The notes under the pieces: model-generated | Seen by the model: only the letters and a program-made list of their open reading frames with translations | What the model was told of the DNA's origin: nothing | Database searches by the model: none | Source: the human T2T-CHM13v2.0 reference genome, Homo sapiens | Direction: 5' to 3' (one strand) | NCBI RefSeq assembly: GCF_009914755.1 | Contig: NC_060926.1 | DNA length: 64,000 nt | Position numbers and translations under genes: made by a program | Shown here: one piece after another, positions 1 to 14,485 of the stretch | Numbering within the stretch: the stretch's first letter is position 1 | How the letters are laid out: the number at the start of each line of letters is the position of its first letter

Positions 1-365
1 AGAATACCACAGATTGCATAATTTATAAAGAAAAACGTATTTCTCATGATCCTGCAGACTGGGAAGTCCAAGGTCAAGGGGCCTGCATCTGGTGAGGACC
101 TACTTGCCACATCATCCCAATGGCCAAAAGCAGAAGAGCAATAGAGCATGTGTATAAGATAAAGCAAGAGAGTGTCAAACTCACTTTTATAACAAACTCA
201 CTCTCACAATAATGAACCCATCCTATGATAACAACATTAATTCATTTATGAGGGCAGACCCCTCATAACCTAATCCCCTCTTGAAACTCCGAGTTCTCAA
301 CGTTGTTGCTTTGGGGATTACATTTGCAACACATGAACTTTGGGGGACGCACTCACTCTGTAGCA
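1..365 (-). mobile_element. ERVL-MaLR LTR (MSTC/MSTD/MLT1A-like), cut by the window start
   Basis: MaLR motifs 'gggaagtccaaggtcaagggg', 'atgagggcagacccctcataacctaatc' and terminal 'gaactttgggggac...tagca'. Confidence 0.75.
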
Positions 366-537
366 TAAATGGTGAATTTCTGGATAGCAAGATTCTGAAG
401 CTTTTCAAGTTTATTATAGATGCTTTCTCATCTCAAATAACTCATCAACTATGGCATTTTTAAGTACCATGAAAGTGTGTGTTATGTTGGTGTGTGTGTG
501 TGTGTATAAACTTCAGACCTTTAAAAAAGTGATTTCT

Positions 538-892
<355 letters not shown>

Positions 893-1779
893 TCAGTGTT
901 GATAGTGACATTTATTTAGCATGAATCATATTCTACTATCCAAGAAAGATATTTTGCTATGTCATAGCTATGAACCAAAATAACCTAGCACCAATTGATT
1001 CACCATTATATTATAATAGATGCTCCAAAAACAAATACATACCAAGGGAAAAAAGCCCTGATGATCGGACTAGGTGAACCATAGGCGCAATTAACTACTC
1101 AATGCAGGGATGTGTGTAGTGTAATCTATCACAGGATACTTTGTTAGAAGTGAGTCTTGAAGTAGAAATAATAAAAAGGAAAAAAAAACAGTAATCTAAA
1201 AATGAAATGATTAAATGTTATAAACACTAAACAGAATTTTTTAAAGGCTGATGCTTATGGTTCAAAGACTTTTGAATAAAGACCAAGACTTCTCTGTGTT
1301 TTCTATATATTTAGTAAGTTCTGTAATTAATAAATCTTATCCTAACCTGCAGTGATCTCTCTCATCTGAATTTCCAGAGGCTTCATTTTTCTGTATTATA
1401 TCTTTGACAAATAATTGTGTGCAGCCCCTGAACAACTCTTCTGCTGTTTTCTGAAACTATTTATTTAAATCTCATATGGTTATTGAACTACTTTTGTGCT
1501 TACAACTTCCCAAACTATAAGCTTCATTCATTACAGTGCCTTGCTAATAGTAGAAATGGCCAAAATAGTTTTTTTATTTGACTCAAGCTGATACAAACTC
1601 ATTCTTTTCCAGAATAAGAAAAATTAACTTTACTCCTATTTAATGTATAGTACATTTATCTCATAAAACTATGCAAAGCCTTTATAGCAAATATTAACAA
1701 TTTCTCCTTTTATGAAACTTATAATGAGTTCTTCTTTCAATATAGGTTATGAGTGGAATTTTAGATTCATGTTCTAGAG

Positions 1780-2300
1780 ATTTGGTAAGACAATAGTGCT
1801 CATGAGGGTAAGATGACATGTTTGTGAAAATGTCCAGAAACAGGTATTTTCTTACACTGTGGGTAGGTATAATTAGTACAACTCTTGGAAAACAACTAAT
1901 CAATGTATGTATGCCATACCTACATTGGATACCTACCAAGGTATGCCATACCTACATAAAGGATAAAAAGATATTATTATCCTTTAACTCAGTTTCTAAA
2001 AATCTATTCTAAGGAAGCATAGAAAAACATTATCCACAGGAAACTTTACAACATTATTTATAATAACTAAATTTGGAAACAACCTAAATGATAAACAGTA
2101 GTGAATGGTAATGAACAAATTACAATGCAATAATGTGATGTTATTATACATAATGTTTTCAAATAATTTGCTTAAATGTGGACTTTCTCTTTAAAAATGT
2201 ACGAAATTTAGTATTGTCACTGCTTTGCAAAAAATGAAAGCAGAAAAAAAGTCTGAGAAAGTTATGCAAAAATATCAACAGTTTAATAGTTATTTGGTTT
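1780..2300 (+). mobile_element. Ancient L1 (L1ME/L1MC-like) 3' fragment
   Basis: Degenerate L1 3' motifs, e.g. 'tttggaaacaacctaaatg...aacagta' and 'agtacaactcttggaaaac'. Confidence 0.55.
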
Positions 2301-2329
2301 TAATTAATAGGACTCTAATAATCCTATAA

Positions 2330-2645
<316 letters not shown>

Positions 2646-3029
2646 AAAAATCATGTATTACTCTTTAAATGAATGGAAAAGTAAGCTGCTTTTTTTAAAT
2701 CTAAGAAACAATAAACACTTAAATCATTCTCTTGGGAAAGATATATTTCTTAAGAATGAGATTCCTGCCTTTTAACAGGCTTTAGGAATTTCAGAATAAA
2801 AAAGGAGAACTAGAGCAGTTTAAAGTACTGAGCAACTGATCAAATTCACCATTGCACTGCCATGACTCTCCTTCTAGATGAAAGAGGCCTCAATACAAAT
2901 TATCAGTCTCCTCATACCTTAACTGACCTTCTGTTGACTTATCAATACTAAGCCATTTAGTGACTGTATGTTTTCAGTGTGACAACCCCAGGCTCTTCCC
3001 CGCTCATTATTTTCTCTTCATTTCCTTTT

Positions 3030-4050
3030 ACTCAGTACAGTATTTTTAATGTTCATCAATATTGTAGCGTGTATCAGTAATTTTTTCATTTCTATTACCA
3101 AATAATATTTCAGTTACGAATATACCACATTTCATTTTATTCATCAATTGATGAATATTTGAGTAGTTTCTACTTTTTAGCTATAGTGAATAATAATACT
3201 ATAAATATTTGTGCACAAGTTTTTATGTGAATATATATTTTCATTGCTCTTTGTTATATAACTAGGCATAGAATTACTGACTTATATGTTAACTTTATGT
3301 TTAACATTTGAGAGACTGTCAGGCTCTTTTCCAAAACAGCTGCACCATTTACAGTCCTACCAAGAGTGTATGAGGGTTTCAGTTTCTCCACATCTTTGTC
3401 AATACATGCTTTATTTATCTGTCATGTCTATTCCATTGATCTGTATGTGTCTATCTTTTTGTAGGTACCACACTATTTTAATTACTGTAGCTTTGATAAG
3501 TTTGAAATAAGGAAGTAAGAGTCCTCCAATTTTGTTCCTGTTTTTTAAAATGGTGTGTTTGGGCTATTCTACGTTCTATCAATTTCCATGTGAATTTTAA
3601 GATCAACGTACCAATTTTAGCAACAAAGCTAGCTGGGAGTTTGATAGAGATTACATTGAATCAGTAGATCAATTTGGAGAATTTTATCATCTTAACAATA
3701 GTAGAGCTCAGATCCATGAACATGAGATGTCTTTGTATTCACTTAAGTCTTTAATTTCTTTCACTGATATTTTGTAGTTTTTAAAATGTAACTTCACTCT
3801 TCCTTTGTTAAATCTATTCACAAATATTTTAATTTTTTAATAGAATTTTCGATGGAATTGTTTTATTATTTCATTTCAGATTATTCATTGCCCGTTTAGA
3901 GAAAATAACCAATTTTTTTTAACACTGAGTCAATGGCAAAAGAAAATGATTGATTTTTGTATATTGATCTTGTATCCTGCAATTTTGCTGAACTTGTTAA
4001 TTTTTGTAGATTTTTAGAACATTCCTTTGGCTTTCTTATATATAAAATCA
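3030..4050 (-). mobile_element. Old L1 (L1MB/L1MC-like) 3'UTR/ORF2 fragment, left part
   Basis: Antisense L1 3' motifs; ORF2-like residues in ORF 3896-4087; resumes at ~5935 after the nested L1MA. Confidence 0.7.
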
Positions 4051-5932
4051 GTGTAATGCCTATCAAAATACCAATGACATCCTTCACAGAAATAGAAAAA
4101 ACAATCCTAAAATGTATATGGAATCACAAAAAATCCAAAATAACCAAAGCTGCTCTAAGCAAAAGAACAAAACTGGAGGAATCACATTACCTGACTTCAA
4201 ATATACTACAGAGTTGTACTAACTGAAAACAGCATGGTCCTGGCATAAAAACAGACACATAGACCAATGGAACAGAATGAGAACCTAGAAACAAATCCAT
4301 ACACATACAGTGAACTCATTTTTGACAAAAGTGCCAGAAGCATACGCTGAGGGAAAAGAGTCTTTTCAATAATTGGTGCTGGGAAAACTCAATAATCGTA
4401 TGCAAAAGAATGAAACTAGACCCCTATCTCTCACCATAAACAAAAACCAAATCAAAATACATTAAAGACTTACATTTAAGACCTCAAACTATGAAATTAC
4501 TACAAGAAAACATTGGAGTAGCTGTCTAAGATATTGATCTGGGCAAATATTTCTTGAGCAACACCCCATGAGCACAGGCAGCCAAAGCAAAAATGGACAA
4601 GTGGGATCACATTAAGTTAAAAAGCCTCTGCACAGCAAAGGAAACAGTCAAGAAAGTGAAGAGACAACAAACAGAATGGGAGAAAATATTTGCAAACTAC
4701 CTATCTGACAAAGGATTAATAACCAGAATATGTAAGGAGCTCATAAACTTTACAGGAAAAATAATCTAACAATACAATTTAAAAATGGGCAAAAGATTTG
4801 ATTCAATAGACATTTCTCAAAAGAAGACATGCAAATAGCAAACAGGTATATGAAAGGGTGTTCAATCATTAATCATCAGAAATGCAAATCGAGACTACAA
4901 TGAGATATCCTCTCACCCCAATTAAAATGACTTATATCCAAAAGATAGGTAATAACAAACGCTAGCTAGGATGTGGAAAAAAGGGAACCCTCCTACAATG
5001 TTGGTGGGAGTGCAAGTTAGTACAGCCACTATGGACAACAGTCTGGAGGTTCCTTTAAAAACTAAAAATAGAGCTACCATATGATCCAGCAGTCTCACTG
5101 CTGAGTATATACCCAAAAGAAAGGAAATCAGCATATTGAAGATATATCTGTGCACTCCCAAGTTTGTTGCAGCACTGTTTACAGTAGCTAGAGATTCGGG
5201 AGCAAGCTAAGTGTTCATCAGCAGATGAATGGATAAAGAAAATGTGGTACCTATACACAACAGAGTACCATTCAGCCATAAAAAAAAAAAAGGGATCCAA
5301 TCATTTGCAACAACATGGATGGAACTGGAGATCATTATGCTAAGTGCAATAAGCCAGGCACAGAAAGACAAACAAATGCATGCTCCCACTCATTTGCTGA
5401 ATTAAACAAAACAATTGGCCAGGTGAAGTGTGGCTCATGCCTCTAATCCCAACACTTTGAGAAGCCAAGGTCAGGTGGATCACTTGAGCCCAGGAGTTCG
5501 AGACCAGCCTGAGCAACGTAGTGAAACCTTGCCTCAAAAAAAAAAAAAAAAAAAAAAAATTAGCCAGGCATGGTGGCATGTGTCTGTAGTCCCAACTCCC
5601 TGGGAGGCTATGGTTGCCAGAGGCTGGGAAGGGTAGTAGGGGATTGGGGGAGAGGTGGGGATGGCTAATGGGTACAGAAACTATAAAGAAGGAATAAAAT
5701 CTACTATTGTATTGTGATAGCATAATAGAGTGACTATAGTTAATAATAATTTAATTGTATATTTTAAACTTAAAGAATGTAATGGTTTATATCTCAAAGG
5801 ATAAATGCCAGAGGGGATGGATACCCCAGTCTCCATGATGTGTTTATTTCACATTGCATGCCTGTATCAAAACATCTCATGTACCCCGTAAATATATATA
5901 CCCACTATGTACCTACAATAATTTTTTTGAAA
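4051..5932 (+). mobile_element. L1MA2/3-like 5'-truncated L1 nested in the older L1
   Basis: ORF2 C-terminal residues (PIKIPMTSFTEIEKTILK); L1MA 3'UTR 'gtatcaaaacatctcatgtacccc...cactatgtacc'; degenerate TSD aa(a/g)atca. Confidence 0.85.
5417..5609 (+). mobile_element. AluJ-like, 3'-deleted (left arm plus start of right arm) inside L1MA
   Basis: Alu left monomer, expanded A linker, right arm breaks off at 'gggaggct' and joins L1MA 3'UTR. Confidence 0.85.
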
Positions 5933-6508
5933 AAGATCATATCATCTTAAATCGAGATAGTCTTACCTCTATCTTAGTCTTTCCCAATCTGTGTGCCTTT
6001 TATTTCATTTTCTTGTCTAGTTTCCTTGGCTAGAACTTCCAGTATAATGTTGAATAGAAGTGGCAAGACTAGATATTTTTTGTTCCTGATCTGGGGGGAA
6101 AACATGCATTCATTCACCATTAAGTATGATATGAACTGTGGATTTTCCATAAATGTCCTTTAATGGTTGAGGAAGTGCCCTTCTACTTCTTGTTTGTTGA
6201 ATATTTTTAAAATGAAGAGGTGTTAGATTTTGTCACATGCTTATTCTGTGCTCCTTTATGTTATTCTTGCCAGATATATTTCTATATGTGATAGACCCAC
6301 AGTACTTTCTCCTACAATATTGTTTTATACAATTTCTTTTTCGATCAATTAAGGAAAGAAGGAGACGAAATATGCATTCATTGTATCTTTTATAATTACT
6401 TTTACTTGTGCTGCCCCTTTTTGTTTTCTTGATGTCAGATTATCAACTGGATTCTTGAAGAAGTTTCTTTAGTACTTCTTGTCATGTAGGTAGATGTGTT
6501 ATCAATAA

Positions 6509-7225
<717 letters not shown>

Positions 7226-7795
7226 TAACAAGTTTTGGGGTTTTGTTTTCCTGTCAGCACTTTGTTTATATCATCCCTCTGCCTTCTGGTCTCCATTGTT
7301 TCTGATGAGAAATCAGCCACTGATCTTTTTGAGCTTCCCTTGTATGTGAGAAATTATTTTTCTCTTACTGCGTTCAAGATTTTCTCTCCCTTGAACATTT
7401 TCACTTTGATGTGTCTGAGTATGATTCTCTCTGTCTTCATCCTACTTGGAATTTGTTGAGCTTCTTCAGTAGGTCAGTTAGTGAATTTTCATCAAATTTT
7501 GGAAGTTTCCAGCCATTATTTCTTTGAATATTATTTTGTTTCTTTCTCACATCTCCTTCTGGTACCCCTCTTATGCATATGCTGCTGTGTTTCATGGTGT
7601 CCCACATTTCTCTGAGGCTCTGTTGTTTACTACATTCTTTTTTCTCTGTGCTTTCATTACATAATCTCTATCAATCTATCATCGTGTTCACTGATTCTTT
7701 ATTCTGCCAACTGAAATCTATGATTGAGCCCCTCTAGTGAATTTCTTATTTCATTGTATTATATATTTATTTCCATCCGGAATTTCCACTTTTCT

Positions 7796-9156
7796 CTTTT
7801 TTTAAAATCCATAGTCTTTGCTTCATTGTGTGCAAAGAGTATTAGTGGCTTTTGAGCTCCCTGCATTTCTATTTCTTGAAAAATTGGTGTTTGATTCTCT
7901 CCAAAATAACCAGAGAAGAAATAAGGCAGAAAGTATGTCCTCCTCACAGTCTCCACTCAGTTCCGAGACTAATAGAAAAGAACGTAACCAGACTCTGAGT
8001 TCTTTGCAATATCTGAGGTCAATACATAGAATTCTTCAGTAATTTGTGCATTCATTTTTTTCTACAGTGTCATCAAAGGACAAGCAGAAATCTTGATTCT
8101 TAACTATTACAATATAATGGCCTCACCTGTGACCACTTCCGCAGTAAATCATAATAGCAACAAGGTCGTGTATTCTGTCTGGATTGGTTGCATCCCCTGA
8201 AGTGTTACACAGACAAAGTTCTAAACGAAAAACTACCTAGTAAGAAAGTTTCGTACATCAGTGAATTTAATCCATATATTTAAATATTTTCAGATGTAGA
8301 GCTCTAATCATGGGTGGTTTTTAAACTTTCATTCATTTATGTGCTTCCTATTTGCTACAACACTCTTCACAGTAATGTCTGTATTCACTTCATAGAGTTT
8401 CTGTGTTGCTAAAAACCCTTAAACAGTGAATAACTGATATATTTTGTTCTATATCACAGGAAGTTCTTTAAAATCTTCATCTTTGCTCTTATAGTTTCAC
8501 AAGTAATACATCTGGTTTCATTAGTTAATGTTTTCTGAAAAATTTCATGAACCTACATTGGGTCTGGTGTGCTGTTGTTATTTTCATTATCAATATTACC
8601 ATTTGGTAAGTGACCATTTTGTTTATCCTGCCTTCTCTCTTCTTATAGAATATCAGCAATTGTATTTAGTAGGTAATTTAAGAACCCATGGGTATCTTGT
8701 TGCATGCAGAAAAACTCATTTTCTTTCTGTAATCTTGTTTTGAACTTCTCGGGAGATATTACTTCAACCTTTTCCTTCTGTGTGGCTACACAGTGGAAGA
8801 AAGTTGCTGAGCACATTAAAATTTTCCTTCTACCTAGGTTGTCTTGTATGCTAGAACTTTTTCCTGAAATGGATGACAAAAATAAAGCGCATGAAGAACT
8901 GAATTCCCAAAATTGCACATATTTCCCAAATTGACTAACCCAAAAGTGCCCATTGCAGGTATTCCCAAAATTGACTAACCCAAAATAGTGTTCATTGACT
9001 GGAAACTGTTCTGGGCCAATCTCTTTCTCTAATGCTGAAGCACTGGCACTCGTGGTCCAGATGGAGGCAGGGGAGGAGAGAAGCTAGGCCACCCACTTGC
9101 ATTGCAAAGCATGGGCCACAAACCCACACACCAAACCTGCCCAGCCACCATTGCCC
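7796..9156 (-). pseudogene. USP12P: Processed pseudogene of USP12 (ubiquitin-specific peptidase 12); decayed CDS ~9068 to 7957
   Basis: Minus-strand translation gives [72 protein letters not shown] (USP12-type insert, unlike USP46), [11 protein letters not shown] and [11 protein letters not shown]; no introns; many stops and frameshifts; short 3'UTR then an A-rich end near 7796-7803; inserted in an old L1. Confidence 0.93.
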
Positions 9157-9265
9157 AATTTTTTTTTTACAATTTCTGTCTCTTTATTAATATTGTATAT
9201 CTGTTAAAATGTTGTAATCATACTTTCCTTTTGTTCTTTAAGCATAGTTTGCTTTAGTTCTTCAA

Positions 9266-9590
9266 TTTTTTTTTTTTTTTTTTTTTTTTGGAGACAGAGT
9301 CTCACTCTGTCGCCCAGGCTGTACTGGAGAGTACAGTGGCACAATTTTGGCTCACTGCAACCTCCGCATCCCAGGTTCAAGCAGTTCTCGTGCCTCAGCC
9401 TCCCAAATAGCTGGGATTACAGGCACCTGCCACCACGCCCGACTAATTGTTTTTATTTTTGGTACTTGTAGTAGAAACGGGGTTTCACCGTGTTGGCCAG
9501 GCTGGTCTGGAACTCCTGACTTCAAGTGATCTGCCCACCTCAGCCTCCCAACATGCTGGGATTTACAGGCATGAGTTACCGTGTCTGGCC
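9266..9590 (-). mobile_element. AluS
   Basis: Full Alu dimer with long poly-T. Confidence 0.92.
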
Positions 9591-11539
9591 TCTTTGCATA
9601 TCTTATAATATTTTATTGAAAACTGGACTTTCTAGATAGCATATTGTAGCAATTCTGAATATTAGTCCTCAATATTTGTCATTGTTGTTGGCCTGTTTAT
9701 TCATTTAATGACTTCCCTGGACTATTTTAACAAAATCTATTCACCACCTATGTGAAGCTTCTGATGTTACTCTTCAGAGCACGCAGCCTTTCCCATGCAT
9801 ATAGTCCTCCTGGGATGACAGTAGCTATGACAGACTCCCTTTGACTGTCTCTTTCCTTGATCTGTTATGCTGTTTGCTTCTATTGGTATCATACCTACCT
9901 GTTAAGCTCTACTAATTGCTGGGGTAATGCTTTATTGTTTCCAATAATACCCCAGGGAACAAACTGCTGTAGTCTGTTCCAATTAAATTCTGTCCCCTAT
10001 ACTGAACTAATTTTGAGGCCATTCTTTGAAGTTTATTCTGACTCCAGGAAGATTGTTCTTAACTGCCTCTTTGATTCTCTCTGGCAAATACCTTCAAGTT
10101 TTGGGGAGTGTTTTTCTGTTTTGTTTAATAACTGATATCCAGTCATTTCCTATTGTTCACCGAGATGACCTACTACTTAGCTTATTTCTCTCATGGAGAT
10201 ACTAGCCTCCTTTTGCATACCATCAGAATCTTCATTGTTTCAAGAGCACTCTTGGGCTTGAATTCTCCCTCACTCTATTCTCAATAAAGTCAGTTCTCTT
10301 GGGGAGAGCTTCGGAGTTCTCTGTTCTTATGATATTCTCCTCCCCCTGGGCAAAATCTTGGAACTACTAGCCTGAAGCTAAGGTTAGGAACAGCAGCCCA
10401 CTTTTCATGCAGTGGCAAACCTGTTTTATGAGCAGAGCAGTGTGCAGAGGAGTAGCCTCTAATCTCTTGGCTTGCTTCTCCCAGCATGGAACCTGTGCCC
10501 TAAGGGTGAGCTGGGGCATGGATGCTTTAAGCTCCAGTGTTCTCAGTCTACCTCACCTGGAGTAGAAGAACTTTTGCTCTACAGGTAAGGTCTTGGTGCA
10601 GAAAGGGAACCCCTGGCCTCTCAACTGTACTTGAGTAGAATTTTATATCTGCAATACATAGCTGGGGTCATGAGAAATGTTGATAGCTTGCCTTCTGTGG
10701 AAGATATCAGAGCCCTTGGCTGGGAGGTGGGGAGAAGGGCAGCCCTGTAATCTTGACCACACCTACCTGGAGTGGAGCTTCTGTCCTGCTGAGCTGGTGA
10801 GTGGGAGTGAGGAAGGCAGTGGGTTGTGACTCAAGTGCCAGTGACTCTCTTTGTTCTTCCCAAGAGTTAGTAAATTGTCTTGCACAAATGTTTCTTCATT
10901 GGCTGTGTGCCCTGAAGACAATTTTCAGAGATTTTAAATGATTTTATTTTTATAATTTTTTACCAGTTATGGTTGTTTCACTGGGGAGCTCCTCACTCCT
11001 CATCCATTCCAGAAGTGAGTCTGGGCTATTATCTTTTGGACAGTATCCCATAAACCTCTCTTCTTCTTCTCAGAAGGAACTTTATTACTGTATGATTTAT
11101 TATTTATCAATATATTGCTTATAGCTCTAGAAATCGGCATCATGCCATAAACCACTTTGTACACTGCATGTCAGTAAATTACAGCATCCTCATATATCAA
11201 TATTGTATGTATAGACTTAGTGCCAACATGTATGAATAGGCACAACCTAACATAAGTACACCTGTTTATATACATGGCATTCTGTAGGTCATATACAAGG
11301 AAAGAGAATAAGCAATTCTGGGTTACAGCCAATCTCAGTTGTAGTCATGCTACTGCCTCCAAATCCAGTGTGACAAAGCAAGGATGGGGAAACTTTCTCC
11401 TTTCCCCATCCTTGATGGTCCCCCAGTTAACCCAGGATATGCCAGGCCAAGCCAGGCCCTTTTTCTTCTCTAGCAGTTTCTTCCTAGAACCTCCCAGCAG
11501 AAGGTAAGCTTTGCTCCATCCTCTGTTTAAAGAACTTTC

Positions 11540-11833
11540 TTTTTTTTTTTTTGAAACAGAGTCTAGCTCTGTCGCCCAGGCTGGAGTGCAGTGATATGTT
11601 CTGGCTCTCTGCAACCTCTGCCTCCCAGGTTCAAGCGATTCTTCTGCCTCAGGCTCCTGAGTAGCTGGGATTCCAGGCATGCACCACCACACCCGGCTAA
11701 TTTTTGTATTTTTAGTAGAGACAGGGTTCCTCCCTGTTGGTCAGGCTGGCCTTGAACTCCTGGCCTCATGTGGTCCACCTGCCTCAGCCTCCCAAACTGC
11801 TGGGATTACAGGAATGAGCCACCATGCCTGGCC
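11540..11833 (-). mobile_element. AluS
   Basis: Full Alu; TSD TAAAGAACTTTCTTT at 11528-11542 and 11834-11848. Confidence 0.92.
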
Positions 11834-12467
11834 TAAAGAACTTTCTTTAAAGAACTTTGTCTAAAGTTGTTTGTAACTTTAGGAGTTCTTCTTTGCTCCT
11901 GCAACCCTCTATTCTCTCCAAATGTTCATTGACTACTAATGCTCTATTCTGTTTCACCAGAGAAAAATGAAGGACCGACCTTCTGGATCTATTGCTTAAG
12001 CCTTCAGGTGCCTGCATATAAGATATATAAAAGGCTCAGTTTTATTCCATTTCCTGGGGTGTTTTGTTTTGTTTTAATAACTGATATCCAGTCATTTCCT
12101 ATTTTGTTCACTGAAGTGTCATGTTTTACCCATATGCAGAGTTAACAAGTTTCTATTATGTATGATCTCCATTTTCAAAAATGTCTGAGGACCTGTAGAG
12201 TACACTTTAAATGCTTCAGGAAGTCAGTCATAACCTTTTATATTTGCCCATAGTTTGCTTTCTTGCCTCATCTCTGATCTCCCTGAGCTCCATTTATACT
12301 GGGCCAAAAACTTACTGCTTTCTCTTAAGCAGACCATCTATTTTATGTGTCAGTGCTTTTGCTTTCACAGATATTTAACCAAATGATTGTCACAGAATAT
12401 CCTAATAGTAATATGAGATATCAGGGACCCAGTACATACCTATTGAATAAGTGACTACATTTGGGGA

Positions 12468-12774
<307 letters not shown>

Positions 12775-13009
12775 TAGAAAGCTCTTCATTTGATTCTAAA
12801 GCTACTTAAGATCCAATGCTATTCTCTCTTCTTTTCCTGCAGTGTCTTCCCTATCATCACTTGTTCCCTTTGCTTGACAAAGTCTTGCTTAACAAAAAGA
12901 AGAAAGAAAAAAAAAAACTAGACACAACTAAAATATTACCTTCCTTGAAAAGTTTTTCTCAATTTTGTCTGTATTCCTCAGCTAGTGGATATTTGTTATT
13001 CTTGGATAA

Positions 13010-13490
13010 TTAGTATTAGAACTCTTTTTCTGGGTTTAGGGAGTACCCTACACTCTGAATCAGAGACATTTTCTATCTTACAGGCTTAAAATGCCAACTA
13101 CTTACTCTCCCAGTCTCTGTTACACATTGGGCATGAGTCCATAAACAGGACTGCCAATCAGGCATACTCACCACAGACTTTGAAACAAAAATTAGAGACA
13201 TGAAAAAAATGTAGACTACAGACTCCATTTCTGGAGTCTTCATTTCTGAAGTAGCAGTAGCAGCTACTTCCAGTTTCCAAATATAACAGAAAAGTTATTA
13301 TAGTGGCAACATCTATCCTGCAGCTTCCAGACAGTAGCATTGCATGCTGCACGCTCCTTTCCTGGTTGGGTAACTTCCAAAGCTGTTTCTATAGCATCCT
13401 GAAGAATTCTGTGAGGTGTTTCCTATCCTTTGATAAATGTATTTTCTTCTGAAATTATAAGTTGGTTTCTATTGCTGGTGACTAAGATGG
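13010..13490 (+). mobile_element. Old ERVL LTR (LTR33-like)
   Basis: 'ctgccaatcaggcatactcaccacagactttgaa' and 3' 'tgataaatgtattttc...gttggtttctattgct...actaag' resemble LTR33. Confidence 0.55.
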
Positions 13491-13773
13491 AGGGACACCT
13501 CTGTGCCCCTAAAGCACTTCATTCATAAGCCAATATAGCAACAAACCAAACTATCTTATAGTTAATTGCCAATAGAATATGAGTTAACTGAGTCAAGAAG
13601 GAAAGAAAACACATTCTAGGCAGAAAAGCATAGCAGTAGCCTGTGTAGCTGGAAGGAACATAGAAGGTACCAGGGACTAAAGGGACAGTGTGTCTGGAAG
13701 ATAAAGTGAAGTAACTGGTGAAGAGTGTCAATGGATGGGAAATTGTTAGAGGAATTAAGTAACTGAATCATAC

Positions 13774-14485
13774 TGTTAGCAGTGGTGAATCCATATGGGT
13801 TTTCAACAACCTTAATTCTTACCTCCTCAGAAGAAATAATTCAACAAAGGGGCATAAGAGCAGAGTGGGAGACTGAGGCAAATTTTAGAGCAGGAGTGAA
13901 AGTTTATTAAAAAGCTTTAGAGCAGGAAGGAAGGGAAGTAAAGTACACTTGGAAGAGGGCCAAACAGGTGATTTGACAGATCAAGTGCACGGTTTGACCT
14001 TTGACTTGGGATTTTATATCTTGGCATGTTTCTAGGGGAATTACGTCCCTTTTCCCCTGATTCTTCCCTTGGGGTGGGCTGTCCTCATGAGCAGTGGCCT
14101 GCCAGCACTTGGGAGGGGCTATATGCATAGTATATTTGCTGGAGTTGTACACGTGCTCACTTGAGGCATTCTTTTCTTTAGCAGTCTAGTGTTCTTAGAA
14201 AAAGGTCATATACCAGTTAAACTCTGCCATTTTGCTTCTTAGTGTACATGCTTGACCCCACTTGCCTAACTCCTGAAATCTTATCAGAAAGCTGCTGATC
14301 ACCAGTTTCAGGTGTTTCTATCTATTGGGAGACTGCCTTTCCCTGGCACCAGCTGTGACCAATTATTATTTTAGAGAGACAGACCATCCACCTGACTCTC
14401 ACCTGATGGTTGCCTGACATTCTTGGTTGGGAATGGGGGGCCCTCTCCTGCCTTGCTCGTGTCTGACTAGCTACCTACTGTAACA
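13774..14485 (-). mobile_element. MER50-family ERV1 solo LTR
   Basis: TG...CA termini; minus-strand start 'tgttacagtaggtagctagtcagac'; perfect 4-bp TSD ATAC at 13770-13773 and 14486-14489. Confidence 0.88.

Noticed and set aside
1058-1100. CTGATGA as a hammerhead ribozyme core (also at ~16394 and ~35215)
   Set aside because: No stem II followed by GAAA and no closing stems visible
3896-4226. L1 strand switch at ~4050 as a twin-priming inversion
   Set aside because: The minus-strand L1 resumes at ~5935 after a degenerate TSD and is older, so this is a nested insertion
8643-8918. 91-aa ORF with a USP QQD box as a functional peptide
   Set aside because: Internal fragment of the USP12 pseudogene with an out-of-frame N-terminal part and no catalytic Cys or His boxes
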